From Candidatus Buchananbacteria bacterium (lineage in GTDB: Bacteria > Patescibacteriota > Patescibacteriia > 2-01-FULL-39-33), in the NCBI GenBank assembly GCA_041666945.1, contig JBAYFY010000004.1, positions 6,226-70,225 on the forward strand: a stretch of DNA of 64,000 nucleotides, read 5' to 3'. Below, piece by piece: positions 19,152 to 28,530 of this stretch. Position 1 is the stretch's first letter. Each line of letters begins with the position of its first letter. The translations under genes and the position numbers were made by a program. The notes beneath the pieces were generated by a model. That model did not search any database. It was given only the letters and a program-made list of their open reading frames with translations, and was not told the origin of the DNA.

Positions 19152-19859
19152 TCAATCCTGAATTAAACGCACGAGGGCGGCGAGCGCCGCTGTTTCCGCG
19201 CGCAGAATTCGGCGACCCAAAGTAACAGTCAGGCAGCCGGCTTCTTGAGCTAAAATTATTTCTTCCGTTGACCAACCGCCTTCCGGACCGACAAATAAAT
19301 TAATCTTTTCCTCCAGATGGTTTTCCAACGGCCGATTTTCCTCGCCTTCGTAAGCGATCAGACGAATGCCGCCTTCCCGTCCCAATATCTGCAGGGCCTG
19401 GCTGAAAGACAAAGCCGGCAGAACTTCAGTCAATACCACGGCGCCGCACTGCTCCGAGGCCTCGCGCGCTATTTCCCTGAAGCGTTCCAGCTTGGGCGGA
19501 CGCACTTCGCGCACAACGGAGCGCTCGCTGACAATCGGCACGATCTTGGTCACGCCTATTTCCGTGGCTTTCTGCAATAGCCACTCAAATTTATCGGCTT
19601 TAAGCAGGGATTGGTACAGAGTAACGCGACGTTCGGGTTCGCGCAGACCCGGCTTCTGATCAATCAGCAAGAATCTGGCTTCGGTTTTCGTCAGTTTAAT
19701 CAATTGGCCCAAATATTCCCAGCCGGAATTATTAAACAGCAAAAACTTATCGCCTTCTTTGGCGCGCAAAACATTGGTTAATTGCTTAATTAAAATCTCG
19801 CTGTCGCTGACGGCGTAATCATCGCGGAAATTTTGAAGCGGAATATAAAAACGTTGCAT
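19152..19859 (-). CDS. rsmE: 16S rRNA (uracil1498-N3)-methyltransferase RsmE
   Basis: GPEGGWSTEE motif, SPOUT fold length 235 aa. Confidence 0.8.
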   Translation of the reverse strand: MQRFYIPLQNFRDDYAVSDSEILIKQLTNVLRAKEGDKFLLFNNSGWEYLGQLIKLTKTEARFLLIDQKPGLREPERRVTLYQSLLKADKFEWLLQKATEIGVTKIVPIVSERSVVREVRPPKLERFREIAREASEQCGAVVLTEVLPALSFSQALQILGREGGIRLIAYEGEENRPLENHLEEKINLFVGPEGGWSTEEIILAQEAGCLTVTLGRRILRAETAALAALVRLIQD

Positions 19860-19916
19860 AAGCCAATGACGATTGAATAAAAAATCTTAATTTGCTATGG
19901 TTAATTATAGCAAAAT

Positions 19917-21146
19917 ATGACAAAATCTAAAATCCCCCGACTCATCAAACAAGAAGTCCAACGCCAAAAGCAAGGATTGACGATGATCGCTTCCGAAAAT
20001 TACTGCCCGCAGAATATTCTAAGCGCCATGGGCACCGCTTTATCCAATAAATACGCTGAAGGGTACCCCGGCAAGCGTTATTATTCGGGCAACAAATACA
20101 TTGACGAAATAGAGAGCGCCGCGCAAAAATTATGCTTGGAAATATTCGGCCTCCAGCCGGAAAAATGGCACGCCAATGTTCAGCCGCACTCCGGCTCCTC
20201 CGCCAATTTGGCGTGTTATCTTGGCTTGCTCCGGCCGGGCGCTAAAATCTTAGCCATGGACTTGTCTGCCGGCGGACATTTGACGCACGGTTCGCCGGTA
20301 AACTTCTCCGGCCGACTGTTTAAATTCTCTCATTACGGCGTAGATAAGAAAACCGAGCGATTGGATTATCAGGCCATCGCGCGCCTGGCCAAGAAAGAAC
20401 GGCCCGAAATGATCGTCTGCGGCGCCACCGCCTATCCGCGTCTGATTGATTTTAAAAAATTCCGGCAAATTGCCGATTCCTGCGGCGCCCTGCTTCTGGC
20501 GGACATCGCTCATATCGCCGGACTGATTATCGCCAAGGAGCATCCCTCACCCTTCCCTTACGCTGACGTTGTCACTTCCACCACGCACAAAACTTTGGGC
20601 GGACCGCGCAGCGCTTTTATCATTTGCCGCCGCGGTTTGGCCCAAGCGATTGATAAAGCCGTATTCCCCGGCCTCCAAGGCGGGCCGCTGGAGAACATGA
20701 TCGCGGCCAAGGCCTTGTGTTTTGAGCGGGCGTTGTCAAAAAATTTCGTCAAAATACAAAAACAAACAGTGGCCAATGCCAAAGTATTAGCCGAAACCTT
20801 AAAAAAATCCGATTTACGGCTAGTCGCCGGCGGCACGGATAATCATTTGCTCTTAGTGGATTTGCGTTCTGCCGGCCTAACCGGTAAAATTGCCGCCGAC
20901 GCTTTGGAAGACGCGGAAATTTATACCAATGCCAATATGATTCCCAATGATACGGCCAAACCGCTTAATCCTTCGGGCTTGCGTCTGGGTACGGCGGCTT
21001 TGACTACTCGCGGGATGAAAGAGAAAGAAATGAAATTGATCGGCCTGTGGATTGCCGAAATCGTCAAACGGCCGAATGACGCCAAATTAATAGCGCGGAT
21101 CAAAACAGAAGTCCATGACCTGACTAAAAAATTCCCGATTTATTGA
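19917..21146 (+). CDS. glyA: Serine hydroxymethyltransferase
   Basis: TSTTHKTLGGPR PLP-lysine motif, 409 aa. Confidence 0.92.
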   Translation: MTKSKIPRLIKQEVQRQKQGLTMIASENYCPQNILSAMGTALSNKYAEGYPGKRYYSGNKYIDEIESAAQKLCLEIFGLQPEKWHANVQPHSGSSANLACYLGLLRPGAKILAMDLSAGGHLTHGSPVNFSGRLFKFSHYGVDKKTERLDYQAIARLAKKERPEMIVCGATAYPRLIDFKKFRQIADSCGALLLADIAHIAGLIIAKEHPSPFPYADVVTSTTHKTLGGPRSAFIICRRGLAQAIDKAVFPGLQGGPLENMIAAKALCFERALSKNFVKIQKQTVANAKVLAETLKKSDLRLVAGGTDNHLLLVDLRSAGLTGKIAADALEDAEIYTNANMIPNDTAKPLNPSGLRLGTAALTTRGMKEKEMKLIGLWIAEIVKRPNDAKLIARIKTEVHDLTKKFPIY

Positions 21147-21218
21147 AAGTCCTTCGAACCTGCCTGCCGATAGGCAGGTACTCCGTCCGCTTGCGGCGGG
21201 TTCAACTTTATTAAAAAC

Positions 21219-21250
21219 GAGCCGTAACTCACGCGAGTTACGGCTCTTTC
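21219..21250. terminator. Bidirectional hairpin terminator between convergent glyA and 21288-22220
   Basis: gagccgtaactc-acgc-gagttacggctc with flanking T/A runs on both strands. Confidence 0.55.
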
Positions 21251-21287
21251 AAAATGTGCTAATTTTTCTTTTTTCGATGGCGCATAT

Positions 21288-22220
21288 TTATCCTTCCGCT
21301 TTTAACCCCTCAACCGACGCAACGGTTACGGTTTCAGTTTCGGCTTGTCGCGCCTCGGCTTTCGCCAATAACCCTTCAATATAAGCCATCTCTTGATCTA
21401 CTATGGCGTAAACCTCGGGCAGATAACCAAGATATTTATCGCGGGACTTTTCAGCCGCCGACAGTAGGCCGGCAAAAAGCTGACGCCAATTTTCCCATTG
21501 TGATTTTTCCACGAAGAACATGGCGCCGTTGTCATTTTCAAAATTAGGAGGGCTTTTAACCACCCTGACTAAATAATATTCGCCTTCCTCAATAATGATT
21601 TCTAATAGCGTTCCCGCTTTAATGGTCCTGGATGACTTAAACATGGCTCGGGTCGGATTTTTCAGGGTCACGCTGTCATCTTTGGGAAAAATCGCCTGGC
21701 GTTCATTCACTTCTCCGGTAATATTACCTAAAAAATTCAGAATGAGATTAAGATCGGCCACCCGGCTTTCATATTGGTGCGCTTCCAAGCCGGTTCGTTC
21801 CATGTCGGGACGATTGAAATAAAAAACTTCACCGCTGCCGATTCCTAATTGTTCTCCCATGGCATCGGGGTTTTTGGGATCCAATTGATACCGGCCATAA
21901 CAAAAACCGCAAGGGAAAACCTGGTTAGCCAAATCATTGCGTTCCGCCAGTTTTAAATAATAGACATACTCACGCGGCGGTTCGGGCAACGGCTGATCCG
22001 GCGCTGAAATTTCCGCTAAGACCGACTGGGCTGTTTCAGCCAGGGCCGCCGAGCGAATCGCTTCCTGTCGCCGGAAATAAACATTCTTGATTGTCCTGAC
22101 GCAATACCTGAATAAAAAATAGGCAACGGTAAGAATTAAAACCAATACGGTTAAGGGCGCCAAAGAATTCAAAACCAGTTCAAATAACTGTCTGAACAAG
22201 TCAAAGATTTTTTCCATCAT
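21288..22220 (-). CDS. Hypothetical protein with N-terminal TM anchor
   Basis: 310 aa ORF, hydrophobic N-terminus LAPLTVLVLILTVAYFLF. Confidence 0.6.
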   Translation of the reverse strand: MMEKIFDLFRQLFELVLNSLAPLTVLVLILTVAYFLFRYCVRTIKNVYFRRQEAIRSAALAETAQSVLAEISAPDQPLPEPPREYVYYLKLAERNDLANQVFPCGFCYGRYQLDPKNPDAMGEQLGIGSGEVFYFNRPDMERTGLEAHQYESRVADLNLILNFLGNITGEVNERQAIFPKDDSVTLKNPTRAMFKSSRTIKAGTLLEIIIEEGEYYLVRVVKSPPNFENDNGAMFFVEKSQWENWRQLFAGLLSAAEKSRDKYLGYLPEVYAIVDQEMAYIEGLLAKAEARQAETETVTVASVEGLKAEG

Positions 22221-22242
22221 TGATCCTCTTGGTTTAACTCAA

Positions 22243-23175
22243 TTAGAATTCTTCTCTTAAGATTATTTCTACTACCGGATTGCATAACGATTTGATAAAA
22301 ACGAAATCCAGCCCGGCCAGCAGTTTAACGGCCGCGGGACAGGAGTCCGTGGTGTAAAGACGGTTAATCAACCCTTGCTCGTGGGCTTCAACCAGCTTGC
22401 TAACGGCTCGGGCATTAACAGCGGCGTGAGGCACGACCAGGTTGATCGTTGCCGCTCCCTGGGATTTCAAAACCTTGGCGCATTCAATCAAAGTGCCTCC
22501 GGTCCGAGTCAAATCATCAACAATCAAGATATCCCGCCCTTGCACTTTGCCCTCTTTTACGGTGACGATGCGCTCGTCGCCTTGCCTGATCTTCTGGCAA
22601 GTGATTTGCGAAAAATTACTCAACGTCTTGCCGAAACGCTTTTGCGCTCCCTCGTCGGGAAAAGCCACTGACCAATCGTAGAACGATTTTGATAAGTAAG
22701 GAATGGCCGATTGTAAAAAAACCAGGACGTTATCGGAAAAATAAAATTCCTCGCGCAGATCATGAATGTCAAAAATAAAAATCCGGGGCGTGCCGGCATT
22801 GCCCGGTATGGCGTCAAACATTCGAGCCAAACTCTTGGCCGTAACAATATCACCGGGTTTCATTTTCCGTTCCATGGTGCCGGTGGGGTAAAAAGGCAAA
22901 ACTACATTGAGCGACCTGGCGCCATAACGCGGCAAAGCCCATAAAACGGAAAACTGGCGGAAAATTTCCAACGGATTTTCCAAAGAGGCAAAAAACCAGA
23001 CGTGTCTGTTTCTCACCGCTTCGGCGTCTATGGACGTATCGGGAAAACCGTCGGAAAACTCCCCCCACCTGACGGGAGAATACTCAACCGGATAATGCTC
23101 AAGGGCTTTTGCTACGGCGTGAGCGAATCCTTCCATGATCGGGCAACCCAAAATAACAACATTTTTGTCAGGCAT
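22243..23175 (-). CDS. Divergent ribose-phosphate pyrophosphokinase (Prs)-family protein
   Basis: Canonical PRPP/ribose-P loop DILIVDDLTRTGGTL and N-terminal FSDG present, but the usual PY(F/Y)GYARQDR(R/K) flexible loop is replaced by PFYPTGTMERKMKPGD. Confidence 0.7.
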   Translation of the reverse strand: MPDKNVVILGCPIMEGFAHAVAKALEHYPVEYSPVRWGEFSDGFPDTSIDAEAVRNRHVWFFASLENPLEIFRQFSVLWALPRYGARSLNVVLPFYPTGTMERKMKPGDIVTAKSLARMFDAIPGNAGTPRIFIFDIHDLREEFYFSDNVLVFLQSAIPYLSKSFYDWSVAFPDEGAQKRFGKTLSNFSQITCQKIRQGDERIVTVKEGKVQGRDILIVDDLTRTGGTLIECAKVLKSQGAATINLVVPHAAVNARAVSKLVEAHEQGLINRLYTTDSCPAAVKLLAGLDFVFIKSLCNPVVEIILREEF

Positions 23176-23336
23176 GGTTTCTATTCCTTTCTGGTTGCGT
23201 TGTTATTGCTCATATTAAATTGTAACGTTCTCAAACTTTCTAAGAACAATCAACCTTTTAATTGCTCTATTGAAAGGCAGAGGCGAAGCGCCTCTGCATG
23301 AAATTAACTTAATCCAACTAATAGCGCCTATTGCCT

Positions 23337-24137
23337 TTAGAGTATTAACCTGGGGAAAATAGTATCTTCGTCTTCTGGCAGATAATACAAATCCGAACAA
23401 GTACCATCGGATCGTCCCGCAACTAACTCCGCGCTCTTGATCCGATCTTCCTCTGGCACATACACTTGCGGACGAATCAGCCAAATCGGCTTCAGCCAAA
23501 TCGGCTGATGTTTGGCAAAAAGATTGTTATAAAGCACACGACAACCGCGCAACTCTTTACCCGCCTCTTTTCGCGACTGATACCAATGCTGAAAAGCTTT
23601 GGTCCGCCAAATATGCAACGGCACCTGGCATTCGCCGCCGATTCTTAAAGCGCCTCGGCCCAACATGTCCAAAGCCAACTCAATGGTCTTTTTCAAGGTA
23701 TTCGCCGTAGGAATTTGATATTTTCCCGCTTTCTCAAACAAGTACTTCATGCGAGCAGCATTTTCAGGCGCGCCCAAAACAACTTTGCCCGATTTCATCC
23801 ATTCGCCGAATTCCACGTTAGTGGTCAAAGCCGGCATATGTTTAAGCTCCCGCGGTATCCAGAATAGGATTACATCGGCGCGATTGAGCCCTTCGTCTTC
23901 CCAGTCGGTTTGGGCTTGGCGATTATTGTCTTTGCGGAAACCGCCGCCTTTCTTTTCCGGATCATAAACCGTACCGGAGAAACTCAGCGACTTTAAAATG
24001 GCGAAAGCGCCGAATTTCCAGGATAACCCTTTTTCATCCCGCGGAATCGGTCCGGCTAAAAAAATGCTTTTAGTCACTTGAGCGGGAAAGGGCTCTTGAC
24101 CATGCACAATGGTAAAACCGTATTTTTCAGGCATCAA
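23337..24137 (-). CDS. Nucleoside 2-deoxyribosyltransferase / DNPH1(Rcl)-like N-glycosidase-fold protein with extra C-terminal domain
   Basis: SIFLAGPIP ... ADVILFWIP ... TTNVEFGEWMKSGK pattern matches NDT/DNPH1 Rossmann-like fold with catalytic Glu. Confidence 0.5.
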   Translation of the reverse strand: MMPEKYGFTIVHGQEPFPAQVTKSIFLAGPIPRDEKGLSWKFGAFAILKSLSFSGTVYDPEKKGGGFRKDNNRQAQTDWEDEGLNRADVILFWIPRELKHMPALTTNVEFGEWMKSGKVVLGAPENAARMKYLFEKAGKYQIPTANTLKKTIELALDMLGRGALRIGGECQVPLHIWRTKAFQHWYQSRKEAGKELRGCRVLYNNLFAKHQPIWLKPIWLIRPQVYVPEEDRIKSAELVAGRSDGTCSDLYYLPEDEDTIFPRLIL

Positions 24138-24952
24138 TCATCCTCCTTTGGGGTTTGCGGCAAAAACTGCTGATGTTTACCGGCTAAAGCCAGTAAATCG
24201 CTGTCGGAATAGGTTACTCTGACTATTTTTTCCCACTCGTTACGCGAATTGGATGGGCACCAAGGGCAAACGGAACGCCGCCAAACATAATAAGGCGTAA
24301 TCTGCCCCGTAAACGGATCTTGTCGAGTATAATGGACAACTTGACAGTTATGAATACGATCAAGCGGATCCTTGGAGCTATCCATTTCCACATATTGAAA
24401 GGGAGTGAGGCGTTCCAAACGAACTATAAAACACCACAGCATCTCGCCGTGATTAACTACGACGACATTATTCTCTGAACATTCACGATGGAACGTCCCC
24501 AAAACCCGATCGGCTCGCATACAGGCGTTAGCCATGGATTCCCCTCCGAGTGGCGACCAATAAAAACCGTTACCGTCGCGATTAAGCAAAATCGGGCCAT
24601 ACTTCTCGCGCCGTTCATCGTCAGGCAAAACGCTTAATTTCCCCCATTCACGCTCACGCAGATTATAATCTATTTTCCAGCGACCGTTCAAACCCAATAA
24701 TGCAGCGGTTTCACAGGCCCTGACATAATCAGAAACAAAAAATTTATGAAAAGGCATTCCCAATTGCCTAAGCCAAGCACCGGTAACTTGAGCTTGCTGT
24801 CTGCCGCGGGGAGTCAAACGAAATTGCCTGTCTTGAGTTCTGCGAAATTCAGCAGTAAACATAGCATTATCGCCACGACGCGATAATGCATTAGCTTGAT
24901 TCAATTCCGATTCGCCATGGCGGACCAAAAACAAATTCATCGGCATAGGCAT
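24134..24952 (-). CDS. Histidine phosphatase superfamily (branch 1) protein
   Basis: LVRHGES RHG motif near N-term, second His in VVVNHGEMLW; 4-bp overlap with downstream gene. Confidence 0.7.
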   Translation of the reverse strand: MPMPMNLFLVRHGESELNQANALSRRGDNAMFTAEFRRTQDRQFRLTPRGRQQAQVTGAWLRQLGMPFHKFFVSDYVRACETAALLGLNGRWKIDYNLREREWGKLSVLPDDERREKYGPILLNRDGNGFYWSPLGGESMANACMRADRVLGTFHRECSENNVVVVNHGEMLWCFIVRLERLTPFQYVEMDSSKDPLDRIHNCQVVHYTRQDPFTGQITPYYVWRRSVCPWCPSNSRNEWEKIVRVTYSDSDLLALAGKHQQFLPQTPKEDD

Positions 24953-25114
24953 AATCTATTCCTCCTGATTGTTGGATTAATTTTAAAGTGCTTGATTTCT
25001 TCAAACCAAGACGCCTACCGAGGTAAGCGGCTTAGGTAAAGGGCGGAGCTGTCGGAAATTTTCGACAGTTCCGCCGGTTTAAACTAAAAGGTGCTTTTAC
25101 GAGGATTTACGATA

Positions 25115-26746
25115 TTACGATAATACGGGAATCGGCGCCTCCGAAGCCATAAGCGCATGCATTTGCTGGTAGACCAACTCGGTTACCGCCACTTTAAACG
25201 GCGTTGGATTTTCCGGCCGCAAATGGTCTTCGCGCGTTTCTTCCTTAAACTGCCGTTTAACATGCGCCTGAACGCCCAAAACGCCTTGGGCAAGAGAATC
25301 AAAACGTTGGCCATTAAAAAACACGAGTTGATGCAATTCCTTACCAGTGGCCGGCTTAACTTTGCAACGAACCGTCTCATTGACCGGATCGCGGCAAAGA
25401 ATCTCATTAGACGCGCGGATTGACTGAACCACTTCATCATATTCTTCATCAGCCACCAAAAGATCCAAAATGGCTTTCCCGTCCGCGCCATACAAACGAA
25501 TCGCTCGTTTAGCGCCGGGGATCGTCATCTTTTCACTATTCATTGACAGTTTGATGACGGGGCGATCGTCGATTTGCACCAACTTATACACACCACCCAA
25601 TGCGGGACAATTCGCCAAACGGGTACCGATGCCAAAGTGAGTGATATGATGTTTTTGTCTGCTAAAACTCCACAAAATCGCCTCATCAATATCGTTAGAC
25701 GCCACAATTGCTTGTTTGGTAAAATCGCAATGCCGGCAGGGATAATATTTCTGAATACGTTCATAGCCATTATAGACGACGTTGGACAAATACGCCAAGT
25801 CGCCAGAATCCAGACGAACGCCTAACGGAGTATAACCATATTCAGCCAGAGCCAAGGCGACTGCCAGATAATTGGGCAAGCCCGAAGTTTCAACGTTGTA
25901 AGTGTCAATTAAGGCCAAAAACCTCTCGGGATTAGCCCAGGCGTAATCAATAAACGCCGCCAACTCGCCTTGATTGGTTTCACTGGGAAAATAACCCTTA
26001 AGACACTTCTGATAATGCAGGGTGTCGGTGGTAAGGTTATGCGTGCTCTTTCCATCCTTGGCGGTTAACAGTCTATGGCATGACAAATCCTCCGCCGTAT
26101 AGCTGGTAACAAAGGAATGGGCATGCGTTCCGCCGACTGGCAAATCATAAATCAGGCCGGCCAAAACATCGGAGGTGGAATTGAACCCGCCCATAAGCGC
26201 ATAGTGCGAAGCGGAAATGGCGCCGTCCGGACCGGGGGCCCGGCGCAAAGCGAATTCCATCAATACCGCTTCCCAGCCGGCCGCATAACGCATGCGCGCC
26301 GCGTTGGTGGCAATTTGCGTCGCATAATTCGTCAAATTCAAAAGAGTCGTCTCAATCAATTGAGCCACGCAGATCGGCCCCGCCACGCGCACTAACGGCA
26401 CTCGCGGAAACATCAAAGTCCCTTCTTCCGGCGCCCACACTTTGATTTTCATCTTCAATGAATTGAACCAGTCAAAAAATTCCGGTTCATAGTGGCTGCA
26501 AACGGGCAAGCTCTTCAAATAACGAATCTCTTCCGGCGTCAAACAGAAGTCGGACAAATAATCAAGGATGCGGCTCAAACCGGCAAATACGGCGTATTGG
26601 CCGCCAAACGGAGCGGTGCGGTAAAACAAATCAAACACCGCATACCGTTCTTCCCGGCTGGTTTTCCAATACGTGTAGAGCATGGAAATCTGATAAAAAT
26701 CGGTCAAAAGCGGGGAAATTCGCGACGGCTTTTCCTGTCCAGTCAT
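25115..26746 (-). CDS. pncB: Nicotinate/nicotinamide phosphoribosyltransferase, long eukaryotic-type (NAPRT family)
   Basis: LLTDFYQISMLYTYWK ... APFGGQYAVFAGL N-terminal signature of NAPRT; 543 aa. Confidence 0.8.
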   Translation of the reverse strand: MTGQEKPSRISPLLTDFYQISMLYTYWKTSREERYAVFDLFYRTAPFGGQYAVFAGLSRILDYLSDFCLTPEEIRYLKSLPVCSHYEPEFFDWFNSLKMKIKVWAPEEGTLMFPRVPLVRVAGPICVAQLIETTLLNLTNYATQIATNAARMRYAAGWEAVLMEFALRRAPGPDGAISASHYALMGGFNSTSDVLAGLIYDLPVGGTHAHSFVTSYTAEDLSCHRLLTAKDGKSTHNLTTDTLHYQKCLKGYFPSETNQGELAAFIDYAWANPERFLALIDTYNVETSGLPNYLAVALALAEYGYTPLGVRLDSGDLAYLSNVVYNGYERIQKYYPCRHCDFTKQAIVASNDIDEAILWSFSRQKHHITHFGIGTRLANCPALGGVYKLVQIDDRPVIKLSMNSEKMTIPGAKRAIRLYGADGKAILDLLVADEEYDEVVQSIRASNEILCRDPVNETVRCKVKPATGKELHQLVFFNGQRFDSLAQGVLGVQAHVKRQFKEETREDHLRPENPTPFKVAVTELVYQQMHALMASEAPIPVLS

Positions 26747-26749
26747 TAC

Positions 26750-27376
26750 CTATTCTCCTTCTCTGTCGTTATCTGCCGCTAATTGCGGATAAATTTCCCG
26801 CAGAAACCACTGCGCCAAAGCAAATGTTTTCAAATCGACATAGGGCATATTTTCCAATCTTTCAATCGCGATCCAACGGCGTTCCACTTCTTCACCCTCT
26901 TCGGCTAAACCGAAATGTTTTCGGCTGTGGTCAAATTCATCATCATTGAACTCGGCATAACCCAAGAAAATACGCTCGGTAACGATTCCCGGCGAAGTGA
27001 AAAGAGAAGCGCCAAAATTAACCAGCGTAAAATGTTCTATGGCTGTCGGCAAATCAACCAACAAGCCCAGCTCTTCCCGAGCTTCGCGAGCCATCGCCTC
27101 GATTGTAAGTTCTCCGTTATCAATGTGGCCGGCGGGGACTTCCTGCACGCGACCCGCGTCGCGGGAAAACGAAGCGGCCGGCCTTTCTTGGTAAACCATG
27201 GCTACGGCGCGCTTATCGCGATTGTAAACCAAAAACGCCACGGCGTTTTTCTTTTCTACAATCTCCTGCTTTCCATGAAAACCGCGCCAAACTGTGACCC
27301 AACCTTTATAAACCAGCTCATAGGCCTCGCCCAAAAAAATCCCCACTCCGCTTTGATCGCTGTTATTGTTGTCCAT
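26750..27376 (-). CDS. Nudix hydrolase (ADP-ribose/NAD pyrophosphatase-like)
   Basis: Nudix box GHIDNGELTIEAMAREAREELGL. Confidence 0.8.
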   Translation of the reverse strand: MDNNNSDQSGVGIFLGEAYELVYKGWVTVWRGFHGKQEIVEKKNAVAFLVYNRDKRAVAMVYQERPAASFSRDAGRVQEVPAGHIDNGELTIEAMAREAREELGLLVDLPTAIEHFTLVNFGASLFTSPGIVTERIFLGYAEFNDDEFDHSRKHFGLAEEGEEVERRWIAIERLENMPYVDLKTFALAQWFLREIYPQLAADNDREGE

Positions 27377-27419
27377 GATTTGTTCTCCTTTTTTGTTCGG
27401 TTAATGTTTCTGTTGCTAA

Positions 27420-28118
27420 TCAAATTTGATAACCGTAAAGCCCATTAATCCTGATATACTTAGCGATATTGGGAGGAACTAAATTCTCCCAATCACAACG
27501 ACTCCCGGCAATTGAAGCGCGAATTTGCGACGAAGAAATGTCTATTCTCGTATTCAATGAAGCGATTTGAAATTGCCAAGGCAACTGTAAGCCGCCTAAT
27601 TCATAACCGGGCCGGGGATAAACCAGCCAATGCCATCTCTGACAGGCAAACAGCCATTCGCCCCGTTTCCAACGCGCCTGAATCTCATTCAGGCCGCCGA
27701 ATTCCGGACGCGGTATTACCGAATCCGAACCGGTCAGCCACGTTAGTTTGGCTTGCGGATATTTTTTGACTAAATATTCCAGCCAATTTATGGTTGCCGT
27801 GTTCCGGCCGAAAATGTCATCATACCAAACCTGAAAATTAATGGGATTGCCGGACAAGCGGCGAAAATCATTAACCATCATTTCGGTCATGGCGATTCTA
27901 TGATTTACGCAATCATGGCAAAATCCCGCTGAATTGTCAGCGCATTTCGGGCAAACCGCCAAATACTTATCAGGCCGCTCGCCGCAAGGAATCCAAATCA
28001 TCAAATCATAATCGTCCTTTCTTTCGCCTTGCAAAACGTCAGCTAAAATGGCGTAATGACCGCAATGAGGAGGATTGGCGGAACTGCCGCCGATGATAAT
28101 GCTTTTAGGATCAGTCAT
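27420..28118 (-). CDS. nadD: Nicotinate/nicotinamide mononucleotide adenylyltransferase-like (NadD/NMNAT family)
   Basis: IIIGGSSANPPHCGH (H/T)xGH nucleotidyltransferase motif and C-terminal ISSSQIR motif. Confidence 0.7.
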   Translation of the reverse strand: MTDPKSIIIGGSSANPPHCGHYAILADVLQGERKDDYDLMIWIPCGERPDKYLAVCPKCADNSAGFCHDCVNHRIAMTEMMVNDFRRLSGNPINFQVWYDDIFGRNTATINWLEYLVKKYPQAKLTWLTGSDSVIPRPEFGGLNEIQARWKRGEWLFACQRWHWLVYPRPGYELGGLQLPWQFQIASLNTRIDISSSQIRASIAGSRCDWENLVPPNIAKYIRINGLYGYQI

Positions 28119-28450
28119 TTTCTCTCCTTCTTAAACCTGCCAAAACTTTTACTTAAACAGGTTATTTTAAAAAATTTAAGGTGCTTGCCTCCGACTCTGT
28201 GAGTCAGAAACAGAAAACAACGCTCATTTTAATCAGCGCTGATTTCCAATTTTATCTAATTTTAGACAAAAATTTAGTCATAATTAATCATTTTAACCTG
28301 CGCGATTCATTCTTAATTTATCTTTGTTTTATCTTTCCGAGTTACATTAATAAAGAGAATCACCTAATTTATCACAAATTAAGCTAAAAGTCAAGTTTTT
28401 AACTAAAAATACTAAGACCCGCCCCAAAGGTTGGAGTATTAAAATAATTC

Positions 28451-28476
28451 ACAACAAAAAGACCCCGGATCGGGGC
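28451..28476 (-). terminator. Rho-independent terminator for 28531-29670
   Basis: ccccgatccgggg hairpin followed on minus strand by tctttttgttgt. Confidence 0.55.
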
Positions 28477-28530
28477 TTTAAAAAAATAAAAAACGTGTTT
28501 TATCAACCGCAATAATCCCGTGTTGATTAT

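Noticed and set aside
22243-23175. Calling the Prs homolog definitively ADPR-PP synthetase (Adps)
   Set aside because: Only motif-level evidence of divergence; cannot distinguish from a divergent housekeeping Prs without phylogeny or assay, so reported as a hypothesis only.
28181-28387. 68-aa ORF in AT-rich intergenic region
   Set aside because: Low-complexity Ile/Leu/Phe-rich, no RBS; region is the promoter/leader of the minus-strand NAD cluster plus the terminator of the upstream gene.
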